The position numbers and the translations under genes were made by a program. Shown piece by piece: positions 20,780-30,607 of a DNA stretch of 64,000 nucleotides; the stretch's first letter is position 1; each line of letters begins with the position of its first letter. The stretch covers positions 1 through 64,000 of the forward strand of contig CALKOM010000006.1 of assembly GCA_938091905.1 (NCBI GenBank). The letters are read 5' to 3'. Source of the stretch: an uncultured Verrucomicrobiales bacterium. GTDB lineage: Bacteria > Verrucomicrobiota > Verrucomicrobiia > Verrucomicrobiales > DEV007. The notes under the pieces were generated by a model. It was not told the DNA's origin. It worked only from the letters and a program-made list of their open reading frames with translations, and made no database searches.

Positions 20780-22566
20780 ATCGTCCCTGGATCATCTGGT
20801 CAATCCTCGCAGGTTGTGGCATTCTCATTCTGGGAATGTTCGGATGGATGACGCAGCGGGCGTTGGCGTCAGAGCAGGAGCGAGTCGATGCCCAAGCTGC
20901 CGCGGATCACAGTGAGCGGATGCGTCTTGCGCTTTCCCGTATGGATACGATTGGGGCAAATTTGTTAGTGGTTGAGAATCAACGTCCTCCGCTGCACTAT
21001 CAAGCGTTCTTCTCGCCTACTGATATCTTCAATACTCAGCTTGAGAATCTGGATTCTAACGAAGTTCTTCAATCGTCTCCGTTGCTGACCGAGAGGTCTC
21101 CCTTGGTGAAGCTGCACTTCGAGTTTCGAGAGACCGGGCAGTTCATCTGCCCACAAGTGCCCACCGCCTCGCAGCGTGACCTTGCGCTGAGCAAGGGCAT
21201 TGACTCGAAGGAACTCGATGCCGCGTCGGTGCGCCTTGCCGAGTTGACTGGCATTCTTACCGAGGAGAGAAGGCGCGAACTTACTCAGTCAGCCGTGCGT
21301 TTGGCGTCGGTTCCTAGCTATGGCGAGGAGGAGAATGCGTGGCTGGGAGTGAAGGATAATCAGTTTCCCCAATCCGCAAAGCGGCAATCTGTCTATGAGC
21401 AGAAACTTAATGTGAGTGAGAAGGGAGGGCGCGCTAAAGTGCTGAAAAAGGCTCTCGATCAAGCCGCCGTCCGCTCAGCGACTGCTAACCAGATCAAGAA
21501 AACGCAGTTTGGACAGCTTTCGAGTCTGACACCCTTTCGAGCATCGTGGATCGAAGGGTCTCTCATTCTCATTCGTAAAGTGCAAGGAAGCCTCTCGACG
21601 AAGTTCCAAGGTGTTTGGCTCGATCATAAGGCCATTGGTGCTGATTTGGCAGCCGAGCTTCGCGCTGACGTGAAGGGCGTTTCTCTTGTGCCGCTGATTG
21701 CAGGTGACGACAGTCCGCTCGCGCTCGTTTCTCTTCCATATAAACTCACGCCTGGTGCTGCCCCTCGCGTTGCCTTGCCGTGGTCCACACCCATGCGTCG
21801 GAGCTTGCTCTTCGCATGGCTCGGTGCTGTGGTCGCGCTCGCTGCACTCTTTTTTTTGATACGTGGTGTCCTAGCGTTGAGCGAGAGGCGAGCTGCTTTT
21901 GTCTCTTCGGTGACGCACGAATTGAGAACGCCGCTCACCACCTTTCGACTTTATTCGGAGATGTTAGCAGATGGGATGGTTCCTGACGAAGTCACGAGGA
22001 AAGAGTATCTACGCACGATGCAAGGTGAATCCGAGCGTCTGAATCATCTGGTCGAGAACGTGCTCGCTTATTCTCAGATCGAACGGGGCACGGCGCGTTC
22101 AAAGTTTGAAAAACTTCCCGTGACAGACCTTGTCGAACGATTGCGCCCTGTCTTGCAACGTCGCGTCGACCAGGAAGATGCCGCTCTCACCATCGAGATC
22201 GATCCTTTGGCCGGAGACGTGGAAACGGACGTGACCGGTGTGGAGCAGATTCTCTTTAATCTCATCGACAACGCCTGCAAGTATGGCCTTTCGGAGAGCG
22301 GCCAAGGCCCTATCATTCTCCGTGCTCGCCGCGAGAAACAAGGTCTCTGCTTCGAAGTCAGCGACCACGGCCGTGGCATCCGCGCCTGCGAACGCAAACG
22401 CCTCTTCCGCGCCTTCCACAAGTCAGCGCAGGAGGCTGCGCATTCGAAACCGGGCGTGGGTTTGGGACTAGCGCTTTGTCGCCGACTAGCAAGAGCCTTG
22501 GGAGGGGACCTGACAATCGACTCCAATCGAGATCAAGGTGCCTGCTTCATTCTCCAGCTCCCGTGA
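20776..22566 (+). CDS. Membrane sensor histidine kinase
   Basis: Two TMs flank a ~320 aa periplasmic domain. Motifs: H-box THELRTPL, N-box NLIDNACKY, DHGRGI and GVGLGL. ATGA overlap with the RR. Confidence 0.95.
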   Translation: MNRPWIIWSILAGCGILILGMFGWMTQRALASEQERVDAQAAADHSERMRLALSRMDTIGANLLVVENQRPPLHYQAFFSPTDIFNTQLENLDSNEVLQSSPLLTERSPLVKLHFEFRETGQFICPQVPTASQRDLALSKGIDSKELDAASVRLAELTGILTEERRRELTQSAVRLASVPSYGEEENAWLGVKDNQFPQSAKRQSVYEQKLNVSEKGGRAKVLKKALDQAAVRSATANQIKKTQFGQLSSLTPFRASWIEGSLILIRKVQGSLSTKFQGVWLDHKAIGADLAAELRADVKGVSLVPLIAGDDSPLALVSLPYKLTPGAAPRVALPWSTPMRRSLLFAWLGAVVALAALFFLIRGVLALSERRAAFVSSVTHELRTPLTTFRLYSEMLADGMVPDEVTRKEYLRTMQGESERLNHLVENVLAYSQIERGTARSKFEKLPVTDLVERLRPVLQRRVDQEDAALTIEIDPLAGDVETDVTGVEQILFNLIDNACKYGLSESGQGPIILRARREKQGLCFEVSDHGRGIRACERKRLFRAFHKSAQEAAHSKPGVGLGLALCRRLARALGGDLTIDSNRDQGACFILQLP

Positions 22567-23222
22567 GCTCCTCAGCTACTTGCTGGGAGAGCGCGTCTAG
22601 GTCGATATGGGCGCCCTCTTTAGGAAACGGATACCCTAACAGGTGCCAGTGCTCTGTGAACGCAGCGGCTTCGTTGGGGCGAGTTCGGTCGCGGGACCGA
22701 TAGGTTCGATTTCGCAGGCTGGGATGCGGGATTTGGGATACCAAATGGAGATCGTCTACCCAGCGAGTACGTTGTAGTCCCGATCAGGGTAGGTCTGATA
22801 GGATTTGACGAAGGCGAGGTCGTCGGGTGTGATGTAGGCGAAACAGCCCGCGTAGGAGTCGATGCCGAGTTTCGGCAAGGCAGGTGGCGCGAGGATTTCT
22901 AGAAAGTTGTCTTGAAGGTGTATGTTAGGGTCTTCTGGTTTTGGGTCGATGTGACCGTGGCAGTCGACCATCACGTACTGCTTGGGCATGCGAGAAAGCT
23001 CTTGCGTCAAGGGCGCGGCGAGAATGCCGCCTTGTTTGGTAAAGGTTCGGCTCCAGTGGTATAATCGTTTGATTTCGCTGGAGTGGTTGCGGATGATTTG
23101 GGTGCTGGCGAGATGCGAGGTTTCGGCATCGAGGGTGAATTCGCGGATGAGTTGAACGCCGCTCTTGTGATCTTCGATGCTGGTGAGTCGGGCGCGTCGC
23201 GTCGTGCGGTGCAACCACGCTG
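22547..23222 (-). pseudogene. 5'-truncated, interrupted hypothetical gene (possibly DUF4380/epimerase-like beta-sandwich)
   Basis: ARLTSIED..GVQLIREFTLD...HWSRTF...YPDRDYNVLAG*TISIWYPK..EIEPIGP, then a frameshift to AAAFTEHWHLLGYPFP. The family name is tentative. Confidence 0.55.
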
Positions 23223-23502
23223 GGTCGTGGCTACTCTTGTCCTCTTGGGCGTGCTCCCGTTTGCAGTTGACCAGTGGCGGCCGACTCCTCAGCTGAGACT
23301 GAGTGTTGAAGAGACGGAAGCACGTGCTGTTTACCAGCAAGCGGGTGTTGCATTAGCTTATTTGCGGCATCACGCCAAGGAAGTCAGTCAACAATGTGGC
23401 GTCATCATTTTCAAAAGTTCTTTCCTGAGCCTGCGTAAGAGCCTGCGCACGGCTCAGGAATTCATAGCAAGACCGAAACCAAGCGAAGGCAAACCTAACT
23501 AA
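23223..23502 (+). pseudogene. 3' fragment of a single-TM protein (anti-sigma-like tail)
   Basis: WVVATLVLLGVLPF TM then helical EETEARAVYQQAGVALAYL. No credible 5' part; precedes the DUF4252-like remnant. Confidence 0.4.
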
Positions 23503-24030
23503 ATCTGGGCTGGCTCTCGTGATCACCTGTCTGACCTTCTCTAGCGCTGTGTTAGTACAAGGCGATCTCAAAGACGCCCCGGCCTACCTCGACATCGATA
23601 GAGGACTCGATTTCTCTGAGATCATTCCCGAGCTGAACGTGAACATTCCGAAGTTTCTGCTTAACACCTCACTGTCAGAATGTAAGGGGGCGACGATGAC
23701 TCGCTTGCCGGACCCGGGTTGAACGTCAAGGAACTCAGGCAAGATGTGAAGCTCATCCGCGTGGTCGTGATCAATGGTAAGGACCAGAACGCCGCTGCGA
23801 TTAATGAGGGCGTGGAGCAGCCCAAAGCCGAGTTGGCCAAAGATTGGGTCTCCATCGTGGCCGTCTCCAAGGACTATGTCTTTATCTATGCGCGTCAGCA
23901 ACAAACTGGTCGTAGGAAATCTCGTGGGCCACGTACTCCTTGGGAAACTAGCAAAGGTGGTTGCCCCGTTCGGGAAAGGGGACCTCGGAGATATCATGGA
24001 ACAGCCCATCCAAGGCATGGGTGGCGGGCT
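23503..24030 (+). pseudogene. DUF4252-like periplasmic protein, frameshifted
   Basis: Three frames join into one protein: signal-like LALVITCLTFSSAV-PAYLDID..ELNVNIPKFLL / LNVKEL..DVKLIRVVVI..DWVSIVAV..VFIYA / LVVGNLVGHVLLGKLAK. Confidence 0.55.
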
Positions 24031-24322
24031 TTTCTGTCTCGAGCTGCTTCTGTCTTCTTCAGGGTGCGGGCTATGTATGTTTCTGAACTCGGAGTATCTT
24101 TCTCGTATGACCGCCACATCATCTCCGATTGGAGCGAAGATTCCCAAAATGGCTCTTTCAGAACGGCGCCTGCGCCGAGCCTGAGACGGAAAGAAGATGA
24201 AACGCGTGCCTTCATGAGGCGTCTTTCCCTGTATGAACCTTGCGGCATCTGCAAACTCTTACCATGGTGGCGTGCCTCGCGTTGCCGGATGGGGAGGGGT
24301 TGGCGCGAGTTGCATTACTACG

Positions 24323-24769
24323 ATGGCTGCACCGAACAGCAATGACTGGTCTGACCTCCTCCGTCGCGTCCGATCGAAGGATGCTGAAGCTCAACGCCAA
24401 CTCGTAGAGCAGCTCTGGCCTCAGGTATCTGGTCGAATTCAAGTGTTGTGTCCTCGCCGAGATACGGTGGAAGACCTGTCGCAAGAGGTCTTCGCTAGGA
24501 TCTTCTCCAAACTCTGGCAGTATCGGGGCGGCGTCTTCGAGGCCTGGGTCGAGGGCATTACGCGCAATGTCTGCTATTCTGCTCTGAGAAAGCAGCGTAT
24601 TCGGCCGGAATGGACCTTCACGGACCTAGGCGATCGCATGCCTGAGGATCAGGCTACGGTCTCCCCGGAAATGAGCGACGTTGATGCTGCGGAAGTTCTC
24701 TCGGAGCTTTTCAAAAAGCTTCCTGACGAAACGGCGTGGCTCCTGCGAGAGGTCGAGTTGAAGGAGCGG
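24323..24769 (+). pseudogene. ECF sigma factor truncated at the start of region 4.2
   Basis: VEDLSQEVFARIFSKL..FEAWVEGITRNVCYSALRK (region 2) and LFKKLPDETAWLLREVELKER. Similarity is then lost abruptly, so the HTH is missing. Confidence 0.8.
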
Positions 24770-25851
24770 GGGTGTGTCTGGAGTCGCTTCTCATCGGGCA
24801 TGCGGGGAGTGCCAATGCTCGGTCAAATCCGAATGCCGAAGCGCTTTTCGTCGAACTACCTCATGGTGGCGAAACGCTCTTTGACGAGATTCGTGATCTT
24901 GTGTGGACGGAGGAGGGCCTCTGGCTGTGCGGAGAAATGGGCGTCTATAACGGAGGACAACCCTCACGATTTAATGGCTCGTCTGGCTTTAGTCTTTTCT
25001 TTGATCCCCAGTTGAATCCTGGACGCTTTGCCTTGCATGGGGGCAACGCGCGCGATTCCTTCGATCGCCTTATCATTATGGAGGATGGCCCCTTGCTATC
25101 TGGCGTTTCCCGATCTTTTCATCCGTGGCCTGGCGGCTCCTCGGGTGAAGATGATTTCAGGAGTCCAGCGGTACATTGGCTAGTAAAGCTTCCGTGGGAA
25201 GGTCGCCTTGACTTCCATCAGGTGAGCAACGCGGCACAGAGCGTAGAAGGATTTCTTGGAGGGAGCTACTACGTCTATTCTCGAGTCGTTTCTGGGCTTT
25301 TGTCAGGTGATCTTGATATCAATCAGCCAGTTTATGACAGCCACGGTCGCGGTGATGGTCGACTCTCGGACGCGAACAGCATGATGTTAGTCGAGGATAA
25401 GGTGCCTGTGGCGACGACCTCCACGATGACCTTTAGTTCAGCCGATGTTGATGAGGTGAAGGCGCTTGATTACCAGCCCAAGAGTCTGATCACCAACCAG
25501 CAGACCTACTTTGATTGGTATCAACTCAATGCTGATGACGACACTGATGCCGATGAGATGTCTGCTGAGCTTGAGTTCTTCTTTGGTACCGACCCTACTC
25601 AATTGGAGGCCAATTCGCTGGACCATCGGCTCATCGAAGGTGAGACGATGGAAGTGGAGATCAGGATGACGCGGTCCAAATTGGCGGAGGACGTCACGCC
25701 GTCCGTACTGTCTTCCGTGGATCTGATCCGTGGGTTCCCTCGCAATGATGTGACTCTTGAGATTGAGCCCTTCGATAGTGAGAGAGACCTTCTCATTCTT
25801 AAGTTACCCGCTCCCGAAGATCGCCAATTCTATGAAGTCTCGGTGCCTTAG
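24770..25851 (+). pseudogene. 3' fragment of a secreted-type protein retaining the C-terminal DxDxD + Ig-like domain
   Basis: Open frame with no signal peptide, fused behind the truncated sigma. It ends TYFDW..DDDTDAD..ELEFFFGTDP..SSVDL..RQFYEVSVP. Confidence 0.6.
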
Positions 25852-26082
25852 TAGGTGTGGCCGAGATCTATACAGAGATGAGCATGTGGCTCAGTGCCTG
25901 GCAGTTGTGAAGCGCTCCGTAATCTCGATAGTCTATTTAATGGATCCATGACTCTCAGAGACCTGATACGATCGTGGATCTTTGAAATATTGATGGCCCA
26001 CGATCCTGCGAGAGCAGCGCTCGCCTCATATTTTGTGATAGGCTAAAAGTGAGATCGGCAATCCTATCGATGACTGAAACTG

Positions 26083-26118
26083 GAAACGCCCACTCGTCTT
26101 GAGACGGGTGGGCGTTTC
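26083..26118 (-). terminator. Intrinsic terminator hairpin
   Basis: gaaacgcccactcgtc-ttga-gacgggtgggcgtttc, downstream of the DUF1080 gene. Confidence 0.75.
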
Positions 26119-26146
26119 TGTGTAAAGCGCTTGGAGCGATGAAGGC

Positions 26147-26788
26147 CTACTTGAGGACCTTAACCTTGATGTCTTTGAGGAAAGTCACACTCTTGGGATC
26201 GTGACCTTGGATGCCGAAGGTGCCTTCACCAAGAAGGCGGCCCTTAAAGCTGTTAGGCCGCTCGGGATTCTCGGGCTCGGTGTAGTTGACCACGTCCTTG
26301 CCGTTGATGGCGATCTTGATGTTCTTGCCTTTCACAGTGATCTGATAGTCGAACCACTCGTCGTCGTGTGAGGGGGCATTCTTGAGGACGTCTTGGATGC
26401 CGTAGAGGCTACCTGTTTTGCGATCATCGGAGTGCGAGGTGTTGATCTGGCACTCATACCCTTTGCTTGGCCAGCCTTTCTCTTCGAACTCGGTGTGAAA
26501 GTAGAAACCGCCATTCGCGCCAGCAGTGGTTTTGACCTTCATCTTGATTTCAAAGTCTTTGAACTTACCGCCATTCACATCGCCATCGTAGAAGAGATGA
26601 GCGCGGCCGCCTTTAACCTGAATGGCACCTTCGACCACGGTGAAGACATTCGGCTTTTCGTCGTTGGACTTCCAGCCAGCGAGAGTCTTGCCGTCAAAGA
26701 GAGACTCCCAACCTTCGTGATGGTCGGCGAGGGCAGGGATCATGCTGGTCAGGACCAGCGAGCTGAGAATTAAGAGAGAACGTTTCAT
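26147..26788 (-). CDS. DUF1080 (3-keto-disaccharide hydrolase family) secreted protein
   Basis: Signal peptide, GWESLFDGKTLAGW, ANGGFYF, GYECQI, TGSLY and GIQGH. Confidence 0.9.
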   Translation of the reverse strand: MKRSLLILSSLVLTSMIPALADHHEGWESLFDGKTLAGWKSNDEKPNVFTVVEGAIQVKGGRAHLFYDGDVNGGKFKDFEIKMKVKTTAGANGGFYFHTEFEEKGWPSKGYECQINTSHSDDRKTGSLYGIQDVLKNAPSHDDEWFDYQITVKGKNIKIAINGKDVVNYTEPENPERPNSFKGRLLGEGTFGIQGHDPKSVTFLKDIKVKVLK

Positions 26789-26932
26789 GATAAATTAGAG
26801 GTTTTAAAGCCAGTAAGGTGCCCTGAGTTTCGGGTGGGACAAGCGGTTTCCAGAATTCTGCCTGGAGTGGAATGGAACTATTGTGGATGCCCAGTGCTAC
26901 CAGACGGGGAGCGGCGGGTTCCTTCTGCCGAC

Positions 26933-29257
26933 GTGATTCTGCGCTCGATTCTTCTCATTTGCCTTCTCCTGGTGCCTTTCCTCCAGGCCGAGGAGTTCGC
27001 AGATCTGCGTTTGGGTCACGAACCCAAGTTTCTCCCCTTCCTGCAGAAGCATTGCATTGGCTGTCACGGACGGGAGAAACAGAAGGCGGAGTTGAATATC
27101 GAAGCCCTCTTGGAGAATGGGAAACCCAAGATCGAGGACCGGCGAGAGTGGGAAACCATTCTGGAGATGATCCTGGATCGGGAAATGCCTCCGGAGAACA
27201 AGCCGCAACCGACCGGGGAGCTTCGGCATGAAATCAGCGACTATTTGGAGGCCCGTTTGGAGTCCTTCGATTTCTCAGGGCCCACGACCGCAGGGGTTGT
27301 GACTGCTCGTCGTCTGAACCGCGACGAATACTCGAATACGATTCGTGATCTCATGGGCGTGACGTTCCAAGCGAGTGAAGCTTTCCCACGTGATGAGGTA
27401 GGTTATGGCTTCGACAACATTGGGGATGTGCTATCACTTTCCCCACTCCTCATGGAAAAGTACCTCGATGCTGCCGAATCGATCGTCGATGAAGCCATGC
27501 TCTCCGAGGTTCCACCTTGGCCGCCGTTGAAGCGTTTTGAAGAGTCAGATCTCACGCACAAAGGCGGGGACTCGGTTCGTATTGTCAGAGAGCGCTACTT
27601 GGGCCTGTATCGTGAGGGGGCAGGTGAGGTGGTGTACGAAGCGCCGTCGAAAGGTCAGTATCTTTTACGAATACGCGCTTTCCAAGACAAGGCCGGTCCT
27701 GAGCATGCCAAGATGGCCGTGACCATCAATCAAGAAATCGTTGCTGAAGTTGATGTCACTGCGGAAGGGCGGCAGCCAGAAATCTTTCGATTGCCTGTTC
27801 AGTTAGAGAAAGGAAAGGCTACGATCGCGGTCGCTTATACGAACAACTACGTGGATAGCCGAAATAGGAATCCTGAGCTTCGAGGGGATCGCAATTTGTT
27901 CATCGACTACGTCGAGGTGGAAGGGCCTAGCAATTTACCGCGTCCTCCTTTGCCAGCCACGCACACTGAGATCATCCCACGCCAACCGCAGGCTGGAGAG
28001 GAGGAGGCTCTGGCCCGCGAGGTTTTTAAAACCTTTGCCAGCAGGGCGTTCCGGCGTCCGGCGACCTCAAACGAAGTGGACCGTTTGACGGCACTGACCA
28101 TGAGTGTCTTTGAGGAAGATGACAGTACGTTTGAGGAAAGTGTAAAGGTTGGCGTGACGGCCGTTCTCGCGTCGCCCCACTTTCTGTATCGTTGGGAACT
28201 CGACGATCGCCAGATCGAGACCGAAGCGCGTGTGTTGGGTGGGCATGAGTTGGCCGCGCGATTGTCTTACTTTCTCTGGTCTAGCATGCCTGACGAGGAG
28301 CTGACGGAAGTCGCCTCTAAAAATCAGTTAGGTGAGCTTCCGGTGCTCCGCGCTCAGATAAAGCGCATGTTGGCCGATGCGAAAGCCAAAGCGCTCGTGA
28401 GCAATTTCACTGGGCAGTGGTTGCAGACGCGTAACTTGGCCTCTGTCCATCCAAATCCAGAAACGTTCCCGGAGTTTGATGAGAGCTTGCGCGAGTCCAT
28501 GCAGCAGGAAACGGAACTCTTCGTGCAGTCGATTGTGAATGAAGACCGAAGTGTGCTCAGTTTGCTAGACGCGGATTACACTTTCCTTAACGAACGTCTC
28601 GCCAGGCACTACGGCATTGAAGGAATCAAGGGCGACGGCTTTCAACGGGTGGCCTTGGATCGCTCCTCTCGTCGAGGCGGCATTCTGACTCAGGCGAGTA
28701 TTCTCACGATCACGTCTGAGGAAACGCGCACGTCCCCTGTCGTCCGCGGCAAGTGGGTGTTGGAACAGATCCTGGGAACGCCACCGCCACCCCCGCCGCC
28801 AGATGTGGAGCTGTTGGAAGAATCGAAGGATGCCCTTGCGTCCGCCTCTTTAAGAGAGCGTCTCGAGATGCACCGCGCTCATCCGGATTGCGCGGGCTGT
28901 CATGCCAAGATGGATCCCATCGGCTTCGCCTTGGAGAATTACGATGCCATTGGCCGCTGGCGGGACACCGATGGTATCTTTCCCATAGATCCTTCGGGCA
29001 AGATTGTCGGTGGCATCGAGGTGGCTGCGCCTGAAGACCTCAAGAAGGCGCTGGTCCAGAAGGACAAATTTGTCGAAACTCTCAGCGAGAAACTCCTCAC
29101 TTATGCTCTCGGTCGCGGCACAGAATATTATGACAAACGCGCGATCGATCTTATTGTGGAGCAACTGAAGGCAAACGACCATCGTTTCTCTTCTTTGATA
29201 GACGCTATCGTCACGAGTGACCCTTTCTTAAAACGTCAACGACTCCCAAGCTCATGA
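26933..29257 (+). CDS. DUF1592/DUF1588/DUF1585-family protein with cytochrome c motifs and an inserted CBM60-like domain
   Basis: CIGCH and MPP, RRLNRDEYSNTIRDL, RAFRRP, LASPHFLYR, ELAARLSYFLWSSMPD, TSPVVRGKW and CAGCH. Insert YTNNY..GDRNLFIDYVEV. Confidence 0.9.
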   Translation: MILRSILLICLLLVPFLQAEEFADLRLGHEPKFLPFLQKHCIGCHGREKQKAELNIEALLENGKPKIEDRREWETILEMILDREMPPENKPQPTGELRHEISDYLEARLESFDFSGPTTAGVVTARRLNRDEYSNTIRDLMGVTFQASEAFPRDEVGYGFDNIGDVLSLSPLLMEKYLDAAESIVDEAMLSEVPPWPPLKRFEESDLTHKGGDSVRIVRERYLGLYREGAGEVVYEAPSKGQYLLRIRAFQDKAGPEHAKMAVTINQEIVAEVDVTAEGRQPEIFRLPVQLEKGKATIAVAYTNNYVDSRNRNPELRGDRNLFIDYVEVEGPSNLPRPPLPATHTEIIPRQPQAGEEEALAREVFKTFASRAFRRPATSNEVDRLTALTMSVFEEDDSTFEESVKVGVTAVLASPHFLYRWELDDRQIETEARVLGGHELAARLSYFLWSSMPDEELTEVASKNQLGELPVLRAQIKRMLADAKAKALVSNFTGQWLQTRNLASVHPNPETFPEFDESLRESMQQETELFVQSIVNEDRSVLSLLDADYTFLNERLARHYGIEGIKGDGFQRVALDRSSRRGGILTQASILTITSEETRTSPVVRGKWVLEQILGTPPPPPPPDVELLEESKDALASASLRERLEMHRAHPDCAGCHAKMDPIGFALENYDAIGRWRDTDGIFPIDPSGKIVGGIEVAAPEDLKKALVQKDKFVETLSEKLLTYALGRGTEYYDKRAIDLIVEQLKANDHRFSSLIDAIVTSDPFLKRQRLPSS

Positions 29258-30600
29258 AACCTTCCTGGAATCTCTCCCGTCGCCACTTTCTTCGCGGTCT
29301 CGGTGCTGCCATTGCCTTGCCTTCACTCGATGTCATGGCGACTAGCACCAAGGCGGCATCAGTAGCACCAACTCGCCTTGGGTTCTTCTTCGTTCCAAAT
29401 GGAGTCAATCTTGAGCATTGGCGCCCGACGAAGACTGGGCCGAACTACGAATTGTCACGCACACTGCAACCGCTGGCGTCATTGAAGAACGATTTCAGTG
29501 TGCTCACAGGTCTGACTCACAACAGTGGTCGCGCCAACGACGACGGTGCTGGCGATCACGCTCGGTCCGGTAGCGTCTTCCTCACAGGCGCACAACCTCT
29601 CAAGAGCGAGGGTGCCGAGGTTCGATGTGGCCAGTCAGTCGATCAAGTCGCCGCAGATCATCTTGCCTCTCAGACGCGCTTTGGCTCACTCGAGCTCGGC
29701 ACCGAAACGGGTCGCCCCTATGGCAAGTGTGATAGTGGCTACAGTTGCGGTTACTCAAACAACATTTCTTGGAGAGATGAAACCACACCGACCTCTAAGC
29801 AAGTCAATCCGCGTGAAGTGTTCGAGCGGTTGTTTGCTAATGAAATTGGGAAGGATGTGCAGGCGAACCAATCTGAGCGCAAGCGCCACCGCAAGAGTAT
29901 CCTAGACTTTGTATTAGAAGACGCAAACAGCCTGCAAGGTAAAGTCAGCCACAGTGATAGGCTCAAGCTCGACGAGTATCTTACCTCCATACGTGAAATC
30001 GAGCAACGCGTCGAACGTGCTGAAACCACAGGCTCCGAACATGACGACCTCATTCGCGGTTTTGTCGCTCCGGAAGGTGTTCCTGATGATTTCCAGGAGC
30101 ATACCCGCTTGTTAGGCGACATGATGGTGCTCGCCTTCCAGACGGACGTCACTCGGGTTTGCTCTTTCATGGTCGCCAATGCGGGAAGTAATCGCGCTTA
30201 TCGCGAGGTGGGCGTGCATGAAGGTCACCACGCACTGTCACATCACCAGAGTAGGCCCGAGAAGCTTGCAGCGCTCGCTGACATTAATCGTCTTCATATT
30301 ACCCAGCTTGCCTACATCCTCCAGCGTCTTAAAGCGACTAAAGAAGGCGATGGTAATTTATTAGACCATTCCATGATCGTCTACGGCAGCGCCATCGGTG
30401 ACGGTAATCGCCACAATCACGATGACCTCCCAGTCCTTCTCGCGGGCCATGGAAATGGTGCTTTCAAGCCCGGCAGCCATTTGGTCTACCGACAAGATAC
30501 TCCCATGTGCAATCTCTTCAACACCATGCTGGATGCTGCAGGCGTTCCTGTCGGCCTGTTTGGAGATAGTACCGGTCGCTTGAGAAATCTTGGTGCCTAA
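29254..30600 (+). CDS. DUF1552 (HxxSHH) Tat-exported protein
   Basis: SRRHFLRG Tat motif, HHALSHH and GNRHNHDDLP. ATGA overlap with the DUF1592 gene. Confidence 0.92.
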   Translation: MKPSWNLSRRHFLRGLGAAIALPSLDVMATSTKAASVAPTRLGFFFVPNGVNLEHWRPTKTGPNYELSRTLQPLASLKNDFSVLTGLTHNSGRANDDGAGDHARSGSVFLTGAQPLKSEGAEVRCGQSVDQVAADHLASQTRFGSLELGTETGRPYGKCDSGYSCGYSNNISWRDETTPTSKQVNPREVFERLFANEIGKDVQANQSERKRHRKSILDFVLEDANSLQGKVSHSDRLKLDEYLTSIREIEQRVERAETTGSEHDDLIRGFVAPEGVPDDFQEHTRLLGDMMVLAFQTDVTRVCSFMVANAGSNRAYREVGVHEGHHALSHHQSRPEKLAALADINRLHITQLAYILQRLKATKEGDGNLLDHSMIVYGSAIGDGNRHNHDDLPVLLAGHGNGAFKPGSHLVYRQDTPMCNLFNTMLDAAGVPVGLFGDSTGRLRNLGA

Positions 30601-30607
30601 CGATTTT

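Noticed and set aside
9519..26118. Shared ttgagac(c)gggtggg string in two hairpins as a REP-like repeat
   Set aside because: There are only two copies, they sit in different positions within their stems, and the arms are otherwise unrelated.
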